Positions 11,795 through 23,381 are shown, numbered from the stretch's first letter. The stretch: 35,394 nucleotides of DNA from Octopus bimaculoides (GCF_001194135.2 NC_068984.1:127193765-127229158); one strand, 5' to 3'. The notes: a model not told the origin generated them from the letters alone. A program made the numbers and translations.

Positions 11795-12061
11795 GAAACT
11801 CTCAAACACATACACCCAAAGCTATCCAATTTTTATCAACTTACAGGCATTAACCCTTTTTTGTTGTAAACTTCTCTAATACTTCTAATACTGTCATCTT
11901 CAGTTGATATTCTTGAATGAGTGTTTCTTTTGCTCATTTGCATAAATCGGGGATTTCTGAGGATTAGAAAAGATATTTCTACAATTATCAACCAAAATCC
12001 AAAAAAAAAAAAGTGTACTGATTACAGTAGATTTTTATTTAGTTGTTATAGTGTTTTAGCT

Positions 12062-12490
12062 TCAGGTCAGTACCGAATGAGCAGATTTTGACCAAAGGCA
12101 CACTAACCATCTTCTACTATAGATCCAAGTTGACCAAAGCCTTGTGAGTGGTTTTGGTAGATGGAAGCTGAAAGAAGCCCATAATGTGTGTGTATATATG
12201 TATGTGCATGTGTGTGTGCGCATGTGCATGTGTGCGCATGTGCATGTGTGCATACGTGGTACTGTCTACTTGCCTTGACTTTTATGTGATAGCTGTAAGC
12301 AAGTGTCACCATCATGCAAATGGTGTCCTTCTTTTATCATCTTCTAAGACATGTCTGATCATGGGGAAATATTACCTTACTTAGAAACAGGTGAAGGTTG
12401 GCAACAGGAAGGGCATCTGGCAGTAGAAAACCTGCCTCAACAAATTCCATCCAACCCATTCGAGCATAGAAAAGTAGACAGTAAAACAAT
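12062..12490 (+). mobile_element. Degraded family A SINE with a long 3' module
   Basis: TTCTACTATAG...GACCAAAGCCTTGTGAGTGG...GAAAGAAGCCC, then TG-rich spacer, then GGCAACAGGAAGGGCATC...CCAACCCAT. Confidence 0.7.
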
Positions 12491-12880
12491 GATTCACTTC
12501 CCATCATATCTCCCTCACTTGTATTCTGCTATGTATTATATACACGCAGTTCTCAAGTTTTGTTTTGAAACAAGAGATAATACTTATTTTCTTTATTACT
12601 TTCTTAGCTAATCTAATTTCAGGCTATCTCTAATACTCAAATCTCCTCTAAAATTACCTGCAATCAGAATCACATAACAATACTTGCTAAGCTGGCCATT
12701 AAAAATTTACTTGCAATGAAACCAAAATTGGTAAATGTATATTTATCTGTCGCAATCATTTGATGCAATAAATAACAAGTCTTTGAATATGAGAATGTTG
12801 AATTTATAACTGGTAATAGAAGCAGACGGTATAAAGAAAACATACCACTGAAGAGATATTACTATTAACGAGAATAGTAT

Positions 12881-13289
12881 TACTCTTTTACTCTTTTACT
12901 TGTTTCAGTCATTTGACTGCGTCCATGCTGGAGCACTGCCTTTAGTTGAGAAAATCGACCCCAGGACTTATTCTTTGTAAGCCTAGTACTTATTCTATCG
13001 GTCTCTTTTTGCCGAACCGCTAAGTTATGGGGACGTAAACACACCAGCATCAGTTGTCAAGCGATGGTGGGGGGACAAACACAGACACACAAACACACAT
13101 ACATATATATATGTGTACATATATACGACGGGCTTCTTCCAGTTTCCGTCTACCAAATCCACTCACAAGGCTTTGGTCGGCCCGAGGCTATAGTAGAAGA
13201 CACTTGCCCAAGGTGCCACACAGTGGGACTGAACCCAGGACCATGTAGTTGGTAATCAAGCTACTTACCACACAGCCACTCCTGCACCT
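12881..13289 (-). mobile_element. Near-full-length family A tRNA-derived SINE (CORE-like)
   Basis: Minus-strand head GGAGTGGCTGTGTGGTAAG...GGGTTCAGTCCCACTG. GTGGCACCTTGGGCAAGTGTCTT resembles the MIR CORE (GTGACCTTGGGCAAGTTACTT). Tail (AAAAGAGT)n. Close copy at 23678-23998. Confidence 0.9.
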
Positions 13290-13368
13290 ATATTGATTAA
13301 ACAGAAAACATAATTGCGCATAAAATAGCTTCATTACTTTCTAAGATATCAAATGGTTTTATACCCAC

Positions 13369-13519
13369 ATGTTCCAAGAAGTAGCATCCTCAAGAGACAG
13401 TTTTGAAGGAGTTTCAATTGGTGAATGAGGTAACTCGATCTCCTGAAAGCGTTGTACCTGGTGTTTACCTTTATCAATGTCTACCTTCCGAATAAGCTTT
13501 TTTGTTTGATTGGTTTTCT
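13369..13519 (-). CDS. Coding exon of unidentified minus-strand gene (KTNQTKKLIRKVDIDKGKHQVQRFQEIELPHSPIETPSKLSLEDATSWN)
   Basis: Acceptor cattctcttctgttattttag|AG and donor CAT|gtgggt. 151 nt = 2 + 49 codons + 2; phase 1 to phase 2. Competing internal GT donors exist (AAG|gtagac, AAG|gtaaac, CAG|gtacaa), so the 3' edge is less certain. Confidence 0.7.
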
Positions 13520-13630
13520 CTAAAATAACAGAAGAGAATGAATTAATAATATTGCTTTGTTTTGATTTTGTAAAAGCAACATTAAATAATTATAAATGTT
13601 AATCTTACATCAACATCATATTACATCCAT

Positions 13631-14030
13631 TTTTATTTATTTTCATGGGTTAGATGAGTCTTCTCCACCATAGCATCTTGATAATTGTTGTGATATATAG
13701 TTACCTCTTTTAGGGGGTTCAATATTCTGAAATCACCCTTCTCTACTTTTTCTCATGCCTTTCTTGATAATCTATTTTTAGAGGTTTCTTCTATTTGAAA
13801 TGCTCTGCATTTCTCCTAACTACTCTCCTTCATATACATAACATGTCTCTGCCAGCTTAATTTTCTCTCTTACACACTATATTTGATTCATATGTCATGT
13901 TTCCTCTTAGTTCATTTGTGTTCCATCACTCATACACACTAACATTACATTTCCAATGGAGCATGCTCATGTCATTTGTTTCTGTTCTTAACACATCTTC
14001 TATATTCAATGCTTAGATTTCATCACCATC
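13631..14030 (-). mobile_element. Decayed RTE LINE 3' end
   Basis: Minus strand gives frameshifted remnants of the RTE C-terminus (..ND.SML.W.CNVSV.., R.KL.W..HV.., EKT.LTH). Confidence 0.6.
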
Positions 14031-14388
14031 AACATCATATTTTGTACACAATTGTCATACACTCTTTTTTTTTTCAATCAAAGGGAGAATCCCCTTGCTA
14101 TAAGCAGAGATAATAACTCCCTGAACTTTTAACCACCTCATTCTTACTCAGGAGCTGGCCTAATCTCCACTGTAGATTAGGTCAGCTAGGCAGCAAAAAC
14201 TGGTAACTATCCAGATGTTTAAAAAAATCTATTTCAGAATTTCCCACATTTGAAGTCCTTTTTTTTATATCAATCAACTTGCCTATGAGCCCATTAAATC
14301 GCTTGTGCATCTTTATTTCATATTAATACATATTGATCATGTGAAATATCATACAACAAATATGCTGTTCAGCAAAAACAAGTCATTG

Positions 14389-14980
14389 GGATCTTTTTTA
14401 AAACGGGGGCCACATTTTTCATTAACGAAACACTTTGAAACTTGGAACACTGGTAGAATGTGTCATATAAAACATCTTTTTCTCTTAGTCTTCTTAAAAA
14501 AAAAAGAAATCCATAAATTATTCCATGTTAAAGTTGTCGTATTTCTGTAATTTCAACCAATCACTGACGTCCATTCAGCCGATATACATTAAGTGCCGAC
14601 TACATAAACAAACGATTCTGAAACAATTAACCCTAACCCTAACCCTAACTCTAAGCCTAACCCTAACCCTAGGGTTAGGGTTAGGGTTAAAGCAAATTTA
14701 AAATGAAAAAAGCAAATAAAATGAAGGTATGGAGATTAAATACGCTTTACATCGCTTAATCAGCCAAAGGAGTAAATCTAAACAACTGAATACTTGTCAG
14801 TGATTGGTTGAAATTATCGAAATAAGACAATTTTTTACATGACATAAATTCGAATACAAAAATATTTTTCTGTTCTATAACACAAAATAGATAAGTATAC
14901 GAAGTTTGAAAGTCTTTCGGTACCAAAAACACTACGTAAAACATTAATGAAAAATGTGGCCCCCGTTTTAAAAAAGATCT
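14389..14980. mobile_element. 592-bp MITE with long TIRs, 8-bp TSD and a central telomeric-repeat palindrome
   Basis: 36-bp perfect TIR GATCTTTTTTAAAACGGGGGCCACATTTTTCATTAA (terminal base G versus A) and imperfect inverted similarity further in. TSD AGTCATTG at 14381-14388 and 14981-14988. (CCCTAA)n-(TTAGGG)n at 14627-14690. Confidence 0.92.
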
Positions 14981-15099
14981 AGTCATTGTTGCATAAGTAT
15001 AATATTTCAAAAATAATGGTAAGTTTTGGATGACCATTGACATTATCATTCTGAATCTCCCTCCCATCTAAGTGATCACTAGTATGGCCACTATACAAT

Positions 15100-15715
15100 C
15101 AAGATTATGAGATACTTGTTTTTCTATGTCACACACTAGTGGCTCCTTGAGTACTTTAACAAAAGGTAGTGTTGTCATTCTTGATATTGACAAAGACTTT
15201 GACTGAACTGCGAACCATACAACGTTGTCTGTGTGTGGTCACTATCTATCTTGCATCTCTTGAATCAAAGGTTTCCTGTCACAGGCATACAATGTGTCTC
15301 ACAGGAAACTTTTATACAGTTTGAAACATCTCAACCTTCTGCACACAAATCTAAACACCTCACACCAGACATCTGGCACATGAATGGTGTTAAGTAGCTA
15401 ACACCATACATGCCAAACACATCTATAACATGACTAGACCTACAGCATGACTAGACACAAAAGTAAAAACTTTTACAAATCCCAGGCTTCACAATCTCTG
15501 ATGACATTTCATGTTAACACAGCATCATGAGAAGTCATAAAAAAAAACTTTGGCTCTGAATAGTTGGTGATTCTCTATGACACCCAAATGTGACCCACAT
15601 TAGGTTATTAGGTTATTTTGCAACTTGATATACACATATATATTAGATTCCTTTTCCTACATGCATTAACTGACAAAAATCCAAGCTATCATCCAAACTG
15701 ACACCATCAGACTGA
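15100..15715 (+). mobile_element. Decayed, internally deleted CR1/L2-like reverse transcriptase fragment
   Basis: FYVTH*WLLEYF..VVILDIDKDFD (cf. LDISKAFD) at about 15120-15205, and YDTQM*PTLGY (cf. YKAQIRPxLEY) at 15576-15608. Confidence 0.6.
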
Positions 15716-15787
15716 GAAGGTATGTAAAGGTTATGAGTACTGTTCCTCTTTCTCAGAATAAATTTTTTAAAAATTAAAAAAGACAGC

Positions 15788-15961
15788 TTTTATTTATTTT
15801 CATGGGTTAGATGAGTCTTCTCCACCATAGCATCTTGATAATTGTTGTGATATATAGTTACCTCTTTTAGGGGGTTCAATATTCTGAAATCACCCTTCTC
15901 TACTTTTTCTCATGCCTTTCTTGATAATCTATTTTTAGAGGTTTCTTCTATTTGAAATGCT
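15788..15961. repeat. Exact 174-bp direct copy of 13631-13804
   Basis: Identical by base-by-base eye comparison; offset 2157 bp. Confidence 0.92.
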
Positions 15962-16137
15962 TTCGCATTCAGATTACTCTGTCAAACGTAATACTTACTT
16001 ATTCACATCATTTTGAATTAATCGTGCATTATCTCATATCTTCAAGATTTCAATGATGTGAATGCTTATTTTTAGAATGACAGTGTAAGATAGGTGTGAG
16101 AGGCTAGATCTGGCTTGCTTAAATGCTAAAGGGTTAA
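15960..16137. mobile_element. piggyBac-like MITE (TTAA-CCCTT...AAAGGG-TTAA family) with left tip missing
   Basis: Ends AAATGCTAAAGGG|TTAA. Body matches copies at 18551-18680 (intact TTAACCCTTCAGCATTCAGA start) and 25130-25358. Confidence 0.75.
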
Positions 16138-16495
16138 AAAAAAAGAGGCTCTGGCCACTGATAAGGAAATAATACAGTCACAGCACTGAAGGGTATTTTT
16201 TAAATAATTTTTAGCTTTTAATGAACCTGTCAAATATTTTACTATAGTATTCTGTATTTGTCACATCAGTCGTATCTGATAATAAACCAGAAGTTTAATT
16301 ATGGTTCTATTTAGTAGTCTTCTGGCTTTTTAAACTACAAAGATCTATAAACAGCACACTGTTTTCTGTTATTATGCAATGTCTCATATAATAAAAGAAA
16401 AAAAACAAGCAAGGTTCTTTGAACTGCTAGATGTAACACCAATATCAATTTGCAAACTTAAAGAAAGAAGGTAATGCACCACTCATGTTGGTAAC

Positions 16496-16760
16496 TGATG
16501 ATGATGATGATGATGACGATGATGATGATGATGATGATGATGATGATCTAATTATAGTGGTCATTGACACAGTCATGGGCATGATGGTCATGGTGGTTAT
16601 GATGGTGATCATGGTAATTGTGATGGTGATGATGATAATGATGATGATGGACGTGTTAAGATAATGTATTGTTCTAGTTGCAGACGCATGATAATGACAA
16701 TGATGATGACAGTGATGATGATGATGATAGTGGTGGCAGTTGTGGTAGTGGTAGTGATGT
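16496..16760. repeat. (GAT)n microsatellite and degenerate GAT/GGT simple repeat
   Basis: Visible. Confidence 0.85.
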
Positions 16761-17109
16761 CAATATTAAAACCAATAACAACATTGACAATTGCAGGGTG
16801 GGGATGGCAATTATAATGTTTTTATTGTATAAATTCTAGTCATCTCTACTTAAGTAACCTCAAGCAGCCAATCATGCAGTTAAGTCATATCTTTGATATG
16901 CAAATATATAATATTAATTATATCTGGTTGGTTTGACTGTCGTTATGTGATTTTCATGGAAATATCTATTTTAAAATTACAAAGACTATAAAATGAATTG
17001 AATGAAACAAATGAAATTCTAGACATGATTACCTCATCTTTACTAAGGACACATTAAAATTAAAAACAAATTTCCATCTCCACTCATTAATCCTGGGAGG
17101 GTTGTAAGG

Positions 17110-17378
17110 GTAGAGTCATCAGACACCTCCTCCTTAGGGTTCTATTGGAAGTAACTGTCATTAGACATTCTGGCTGGATTCCCAAGCATAACCAACTGAG
17201 ATTATGGGTATTATTTAACCTCTCATTCTCAGTCTACCCTTAGGTCTTCTATGGTTGGTCTGGCTTGAAGAATCTGTCTTGTGATTCTTTCCTGCAAGAT
17301 TTTAATCACATGTCCATGGAACCAGAGCTGTGATCTCTCAATGCAGAGAAGCACTGGCTTGACCTAGACAGACTCCTT
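17110..17378 (-). mobile_element. Decayed RTE LINE 3' coding end
   Basis: Minus strand VKPVLLCIERSQLWFHGHVIKILQERITRQILQARP..RPKGRLR, cf. RTE ..ERSQLRWxGHxxRM..ER...RPRGRPRxRW. Confidence 0.7.
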
Positions 17379-17628
17379 AGCAAACAAAAAAGTTTCCTTC
17401 TTGAGTCATGCCAACTCATAAGGGCCAGTTTCCCCAGTTTCCATGGCTTATATATTCCCCACTTGGATGGGACGCCGTTCTGTCGCAGGATTACTCATTT
17501 TTGCTGGCTGAGTGGACTGGAGCAATGTGAAATGAAGTGTTTTGCTCAAGAACACAACACATCATCTGATCCAGGAATTGAAACCACAATCTTACGATCA
17601 TGAGTCCAACATCCTAACCACTAAGCAC
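17379..17628 (-). mobile_element. tRNA-derived SINE with V-domain-like core, flanked by a 13-bp TSD
   Basis: Minus: box B GGTTTCAATTCC, core CCTGCGACAGAACGGCGTCCCATCCA...GGAAACTGG. TSD AGACAGACTCCTT (17366-17378) and AGAGAGACTCCTT (17629-17641). Confidence 0.75.
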
Positions 17629-18550
17629 AGAGAGACTCCTTGATCAATAATGTTACCTTAGGGATCCCTTGGAAAGAACCCTTTTGGCTCAATGCAGAGA
17701 AGTAGTGACTTGACCCAGAGAGACTCCTTGATCAAATAATGTTGCTCTAGGGAACCCTTGGCAGAACCCTTTTTGGCTCTTTGTATTTGCAATCATACTC
17801 TTTTGGTCAATAACCAACATTCTATTTCTAAATACTGTAGGGAATTTCTTTAGAGATATTTGATGGCTACTTTGATCAGATTCAATGGCTACATAATTTC
17901 TCTTCTGATGGCTTACCAATGATAATGATAAAATTTTTGTTCAAGCACCATAGATCAATAGCAACAAGGAAGTTGTTTAATTACCATAGATCATGATGGG
18001 GGTAGCTTGTAGTGATGGAGTAGAAGAGAAGAAGATGAAATATTGTCATATTTAACCAATAGCAAAAACTATTGTTTTGAAATGTCTTAGCAATCTGGAT
18101 TAGAAATTTTTGTGCATTCATTTGCATATTGATATTGGCATGCATTTTGTAATGCCCTACTTTTGTGTATATTCATTGGTCATAAATAAGGTATCATAAA
18201 TACTATTACAAATACACACAGATAGATGAAATATTTATAACAACATAATCCACAAACCTGACCTGTCTAAAATACAAAGGTTAAATTTTCTAACTAGTAG
18301 TGAAAAACAATTAAACCTCAATTAAAAATCTGCTGAGCAACTAACCTTTCCACCAACTTATATTCTTTTGTGAACCCTAAAACAAAAACCACAAGACAAA
18401 CAAATTTCTATATTGAAAACACCATGACCAAAAGCTGAAACACCTAATTACTGAGTTTCATATGCTTGACTAAATCTTGAAAAAATAGTCTCTACCTTCC
18501 CAAAGTAAACAGGTTAAGTCTTCCAAATAGTATTCAAATATCAACAACAA

Positions 18551-18680
18551 TTAACCCTTCAGCATTCAGACTACACTCTGAAATATAATGCTTATTTATT
18601 CATGATGTTTTTAATTCATTTTGCAATGTCTTGTAGTTTTGAGATTTTGATTGTTTATTTTTAGAATGACCATGTTAAGA
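18551..18680. mobile_element. piggyBac-like MITE, left portion
   Basis: TTAA|CCCTTCAGCATTCAGA...GCTTATTTATTCA...TTTTTAGAATGAC. Confidence 0.7.
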
Positions 18681-18926
18681 CTTTACTGTATTTGTATGTA
18701 CAACACTGCCCCGTTATACATCTTCACAACCATATTGTTGATATTTATAATTAGTGTCACCACATTCCCTTTATAAATGTGTCTGTGAGTGGATTGTGTG
18801 TGTGTTCTACTTTGTGCTTTGTGTATGTGTGCATGCACATGTGTGTGTGTTTAGTTTAGTGGCAGTCATACTAGCAATGACTATGACTTAGGGTTTCATG
18901 TGAAGGTAATAATATTTCACACTCAC

Positions 18927-18961
18927 CAGATGGATACCCTATGTTTCTAAATTTAACCATG
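18927..18961 (-). CDS. Candidate 35-nt micro-exon (MVKFRNIGYPS)
   Basis: Acceptor ttttaaaatgttgtag|C and consensus donor CTG|gtgagt. Ends phase 1, as required by exon 13369-13519 (G+AG = Glu). Its ATG is in a favourable context (agcATGG). Short, so a chance match is possible. Confidence 0.45.
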
Positions 18962-19034
18962 CTACAACATTTTAAAATATATATATAGCTGCTTTCATGC
19001 AAGCTTACCTCTAACATTAAGACCAGTTGTCCTT

Positions 19035-19290
19035 TCAGATATCATCAATTGCCCACTCAATTGTCATTGCAATGTAGAAACCACAACATATGAAGCTAAA
19101 GTCAAGTCTGTAGGGTAAACAACATATCCTGCATAAAGCCCTATATCAGACTGATGGAGGGCATCTCCAGAAATGCTTATACAACCGCACCAATTCCTTC
19201 AGGAACTTTGAAAAACAGGACATTACTGCATTGAAGTGGCAGCTGAAGTAGAAAGACCACAGACTTTGACATCCAATACAGTCTTACTCC
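19035..19290 (+). mobile_element. Decayed Penelope-like element GIY-YIG endonuclease fragment
   Basis: NCPLNCHCNVETTTYEAKV...KPYIRLMEG then (frameshift) KCLYNRTNSFRNFEKQDITALKWQLK, matching the PLE pattern CPL.G.C....VY.A.V...YIG.TE..FK.RY.NH..SFR....T.LS..IW.LK. Confidence 0.7.
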
Positions 19291-19906
19291 AATGGCATCA
19301 GGAAATGCAAATTGTGTTTAAGTCAGAAACCGTAACACCTTGTTTATATGAGCAGAAGTACATTCTAAAATATTACCCCACTTTCCCCAAGTTGCCTTAG
19401 GGAAGTGTGACCATTGCTCCCTCTCCCTGACCAATGTTTCCTGTGGTTGACCTTCCATCCAGCCCTTCATCCAATAATATTTCTATTCTTCTTTTATTCC
19501 TCTCTTCCTACCCCCCCCCNNNNNNNNNNNNTCTCTCTCTCTCTCTTTCTCCCTTTGATCCACTCCACTTTCTTTTCTTTCCTCCCTATACATTTACAAT
19601 ATTCTATCCCCTCTGATCAGGATTTTCAATCTGACCTTTCCTCTGATGAAGAAAATAACTTTTCAATTTCAGATCATGAGTTATTGCCCCCTAAACTATT
19701 AACTCTAAATAATGACTATATTTTTCTTTGTAAAAAAAATATTTTCCTTTCTTGGAAGGTTTTACAAGGAGGACTTACATTTTTTTAAAGGCATTCAATT
19801 TAGATCTATACTATTGTCAATTTGATGGTGAGGAACATTATTAACTTCACACAAAAGTCATGACCAATGCTTGTTAATATGATCATCATTAAACACTATT
19901 ATACAC

Positions 19907-19943
19907 CTCCCTATATTCATAGATGGTCGTTCTTGTTTTTTGA
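19907..19943 (-). CDS. Speculative 37-nt micro-exon (KKQERPSMNIG)
   Basis: Acceptor gattgtgattcttccag|TC and weak donor GAG|gtgtat. Phase 1 to 2 bridges 22176-22206 and 18927-18961. Confidence 0.25.
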
Positions 19944-20739
19944 CTGGAAGAATCACAATCACGCACGCACGCACACACAACTGAGAAGTATATGCTTTCA
20001 TGAGAAGTCTAATATAACTGAAGCATGCTCATTGTTTTCACTAGTTTGTTTAATATTTCAAATCCACTCCTATTATTGGATTTTGTGAAAATATTTTCCA
20101 AAAATTTTAGTCATGATTTTATTGTATTTTTATTGCTTTTAGATTTTAAACAATCCTCAGATATATATATATTGTCAACAAATTGTATGGATGACTTCTA
20201 TTAATTGAAGTTCTTCAGCTCACTATCATATTTGTATTTAGCATGTAGAATGCTCCCATAAAGTATCTTCCCTTCAACCGTTATTTTATAGATACTTTAT
20301 CATCAACCACCCCACAACACTTGTTCTTCATTCATTTATTTATCCCCTCATCTATTCCCCATCCTTAACCATCTTTCACTCCCTACCACATTCCCATGCA
20401 ACTTTTACCTACCAACACACCCTGTTCTTTTATTCACCTTCTTTGTTCCTTGTGGGTCCACCCTGACACACTCATTACCACTATTTTATCTTTCTTTCCA
20501 ACTCCACCCTGATTATGCCAACCCACTCTTCTATGATGTGAGTAGCTATGTAGCACTTCAACAGCAAGAAACCTTGCCTGTTCTGGTCTTTTCTTTCATA
20601 CTTCAGCCTCTTGTTTCTTAGCATAAAGCCAGCTCCCTCTCTGCTGGTCATTCACTCAATCAAAGGGTATCTTAGACTTGCAAGATGCAATGCAACCTCA
20701 TGAGTACTGTGCCACAAAAAAATAAAAGAAAGAAAAAAG

Positions 20740-20995
20740 GTTCCACTACACTCTGTAAAGTGTTTGGAATTAGAAAGGGCATCCAGCCATAAAAACTGAG
20801 CCAAATCAGACATTGGAGCACAATGCAGTTCTCAGACCTGTCAGATCCTGTCAAACCATACAACCCATGCCAGCATGGAAGATGGACATTAAAAGATACG
20901 ATGACAATGATAATGATGATGTTGATGATGTTGATGATAGCGGTGATGATGGTGGTGTTGGTAGCTGTGGGAGTGGTGATGATGATGATGATGAT
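20740..20995 (+). mobile_element. (GAT)n-tailed retroposon 3' module
   Basis: TTAGAAAGGGCATCCAGCCATAAAAA...AACCCATGCCAGCATGGAAGATGGACATTAAA followed by a GAT-rich tail. Confidence 0.75.
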
Positions 20996-21069
20996 GGGTT
21001 TTTTTACTAGTCATGTTATGATACAAATAATACAGAAGAATAGTTCCAACAGACAAACAGTCATATGGA

Positions 21070-21360
21070 TATTATATGCTTAAGTTGCTCAAGAAAATTA
21101 CTTATATGTAATTTCAATGCAGCAAAGGCCTTGAGAGATCTAAGAACTAATAGAAAGAATTTGTTACCAAGGTGATGTTGTCATTGGTAATGCCAAAGCT
21201 GCAGATATTTTAGTCAATGGAGAAGTTTAATGGCTGCAAGGGATTAAGAGAAATTCTGCTGCTTTGTAATGTAGTTCTTTCTTCAGACAATAGTATGCAA
21301 CAGATGTGAGCAATGTCTGGCAGTGAATGAACAGAGGGAAAATGACTATGCGATAGAGCT
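21070..21360 (-). mobile_element. Decayed CR1/L2-like RT fragment
   Basis: Minus-strand remnants LLTSVA (cf. PIALTSV) and LDLS/KAFA (cf. LDLSKAFD) in the expected order; heavily frameshifted. Confidence 0.4.
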
Positions 21361-22175
21361 GTTTTTGTTGTTGTTTAGCAGCAACATTGGCCCTGGTCAA
21401 AAATATTTGTGATCAAAAGCGTCCAAGTCATGACCAATGTGCTTTATTTTTCCTGGAGTAGTATACCTCAGACAATATTTTCTACCGTGTCATTTTTAAT
21501 TTGGTAGAGTTTAGCTTGTAGGAAATTTGGCTGCTATTTCTAGCAAATCAAGCAACCACATAGAAGCTCCCTCACTGAGTCATCTAATAATAGTCTAATT
21601 AATAAAACAACTCTACATGAATTTTGATAGAAATTTTTAAAAAATAAAGCAACTGAAACTTCCTTTACAATTAAACATGTTTTTTAAAAAAGGCCACAGA
21701 CAAGTTGTACTTCTAACTGAACTAGATAAAACTAATGAGGATTTGTATATTTATTCTTAAAATGTTCCAGCAAATTGACTGCGAATGTGCTACTTGCTAT
21801 TGTGTACATCACAGGAGAGCAATTTCTCCTTTTTATAATAACAAAGCTAAACATAGGATAATTACTATAATAATCAACATCAAAGAAAACTGATATGAAG
21901 GTACATTTTTTTTTATGTTTTGTTATTCAGTTATATTTTTTATCATAAATATTCATAAGTATTGTTTGTGAGCTTCAGTATTTTTAGGTCAGATATAAGA
22001 AAGCTTTTCTCAAAAGTTCTTTAGTCTAACTCAACCACAAGTACTTTGGACAACAACTGAAAGAAGTCTTTTACTAAGCTTATAGCATCCATTTATGGCA
22101 CATACATCCAAGCCTGTATATTCTTCATTCTGGCATACATCAATCAATGTCATTGAGGTACAGTCACATTCTCAC

Positions 22176-22206
22176 CAAACATATTACTAGGATAATATTC
22201 ATTAAA
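22176..22206 (-). CDS. Candidate 31-nt micro-exon (FNEYYPSNMF)
   Basis: Strong acceptor aattttctttctgtag|TTT and donor TTTG|gtgaga; phase 0 to 1. Confidence 0.35.
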
Positions 22207-22768
22207 CTACAGAAAGAAAATTACATTTGAAGTAAGATGAGAATTTCATCCAAAGACAGGTCAACATTGCAAAACTGAAATCATAGTAATAACAGTAGAA
22301 TAAGTTACTGAACAAAGGCAATCTACAATTATCATAACTTTTTTAAAACAAAAAAAAAATTCAATGCTGTATCTTATAAATTATATGAAAAATAAAAACT
22401 GGACCAAGTTTCAAATTTCTATGGAGTACATTTTTGTGTACTGTGACAAAAAACTATTATAAATTACTCTTGTCTTTCTTCATTTATCTTGCAATATAAT
22501 TTGGAAATAGATGTCTTTGATCATTCAGACTTGTAAAAGAGAAAAATCTTCCTTTTTATTCTTTCTAAAATGATCAAAAGTATCTAATTCTGACTGTATA
22601 GCAATACAAATGAAAAGACATTTTAAAATAAGTCACTTATTATCGTCTTTCATTACAGAACAGAAAAACATACCCTGTATTACATAACTAAATGACAACC
22701 AATTGGCACAAAATAAATCAAATGTCATGAAATCAGTTAAGTCAGAATCTCCTAAAGCAGAGTACATA

Positions 22769-22989
22769 TACAAGTGCATGCTGGAAAGTTCCTGGCTTTA
22801 AGGGTATCATGAAAGGCCTGGTTGGAGGCCCAACTTTCTGAGTTCTTTTACAGGGTTTAGAAAAACTGAAGGACCATTGCAGTAAGTGTGTGAATCTGAG
22901 AGGGGAATATATTGAATAAAAGCATAATTAACTGATCCCCCCATATTTTCTTTTACCCAAAACCAGGAACTTTTCAGCACTCCCTCATA
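22769..22989 (+). mobile_element. Tc1/mariner-derived MITE with TA flanks
   Basis: TIR cores TGCTGGAAAGTTCCTGG and (rc) TGCTGAAAAGTTCCTGG with TA at both ends. Interior encodes KLKDHCSKCVNLRGEYIE*, the mariner transposase C-terminal motif. Confidence 0.8.
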
Positions 22990-23381
22990 TACCTAGGAAC
23001 ATGCAAGAGGAATTTTTAGGCATGGAATTGTAGGTTTGTGAACATAATGGAATTTCAAAGCAATCACAATCGACTAAATGCAACTCATGTGTCACATAAA
23101 CCTGACACAAAGTTGACAACAAGGCCATGTTGAAGCTGACTACTCATGGTGACAAATCAATGCTCGTTAAAACAAATGGTCACATTTAGATTTACTGTAA
23201 AATAATTACAAGTCCAGATAGAAAATACAATTAGATTTCTAAAATTCGCAGCTAGCTGAAAAGATTGGCTTTGAATGAAAATAAATCAACAAAACTACAT
23301 TCCAGTATAATGATTTTCCTTCAGTCGTTATAATTCTTTCAGTAGGCTACATGTTCCGCACCTCTGGTATAAGCTATTTAC

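Noticed and set aside
12848-12880. CTGAAGA…GAGA, and a similar CTGAAGA…GAAA at 32359, as further hammerheads
   Set aside because: No convincing stem II, and no matching stem I or cleavage triplet.
17799-17920. Possible exon KRNYVAIESDQSSHQISLKKFPTVFRNRMLVIDQK, and a nearby GTAAGC donor at about 17916
   Set aside because: Weak acceptors whose phases do not fit the 18927 exon. The segment upstream of the GTAAGC donor has no in-frame acceptor before a stop.
19414-19788. 124-aa plus-strand ORF with an acidic SDEE stretch, and a 45-nt minus-strand exon candidate within it
   Set aside because: The ORF spans a gap and CT-rich repeat with no homology recognised. The exon candidate competes with other equally weak options.
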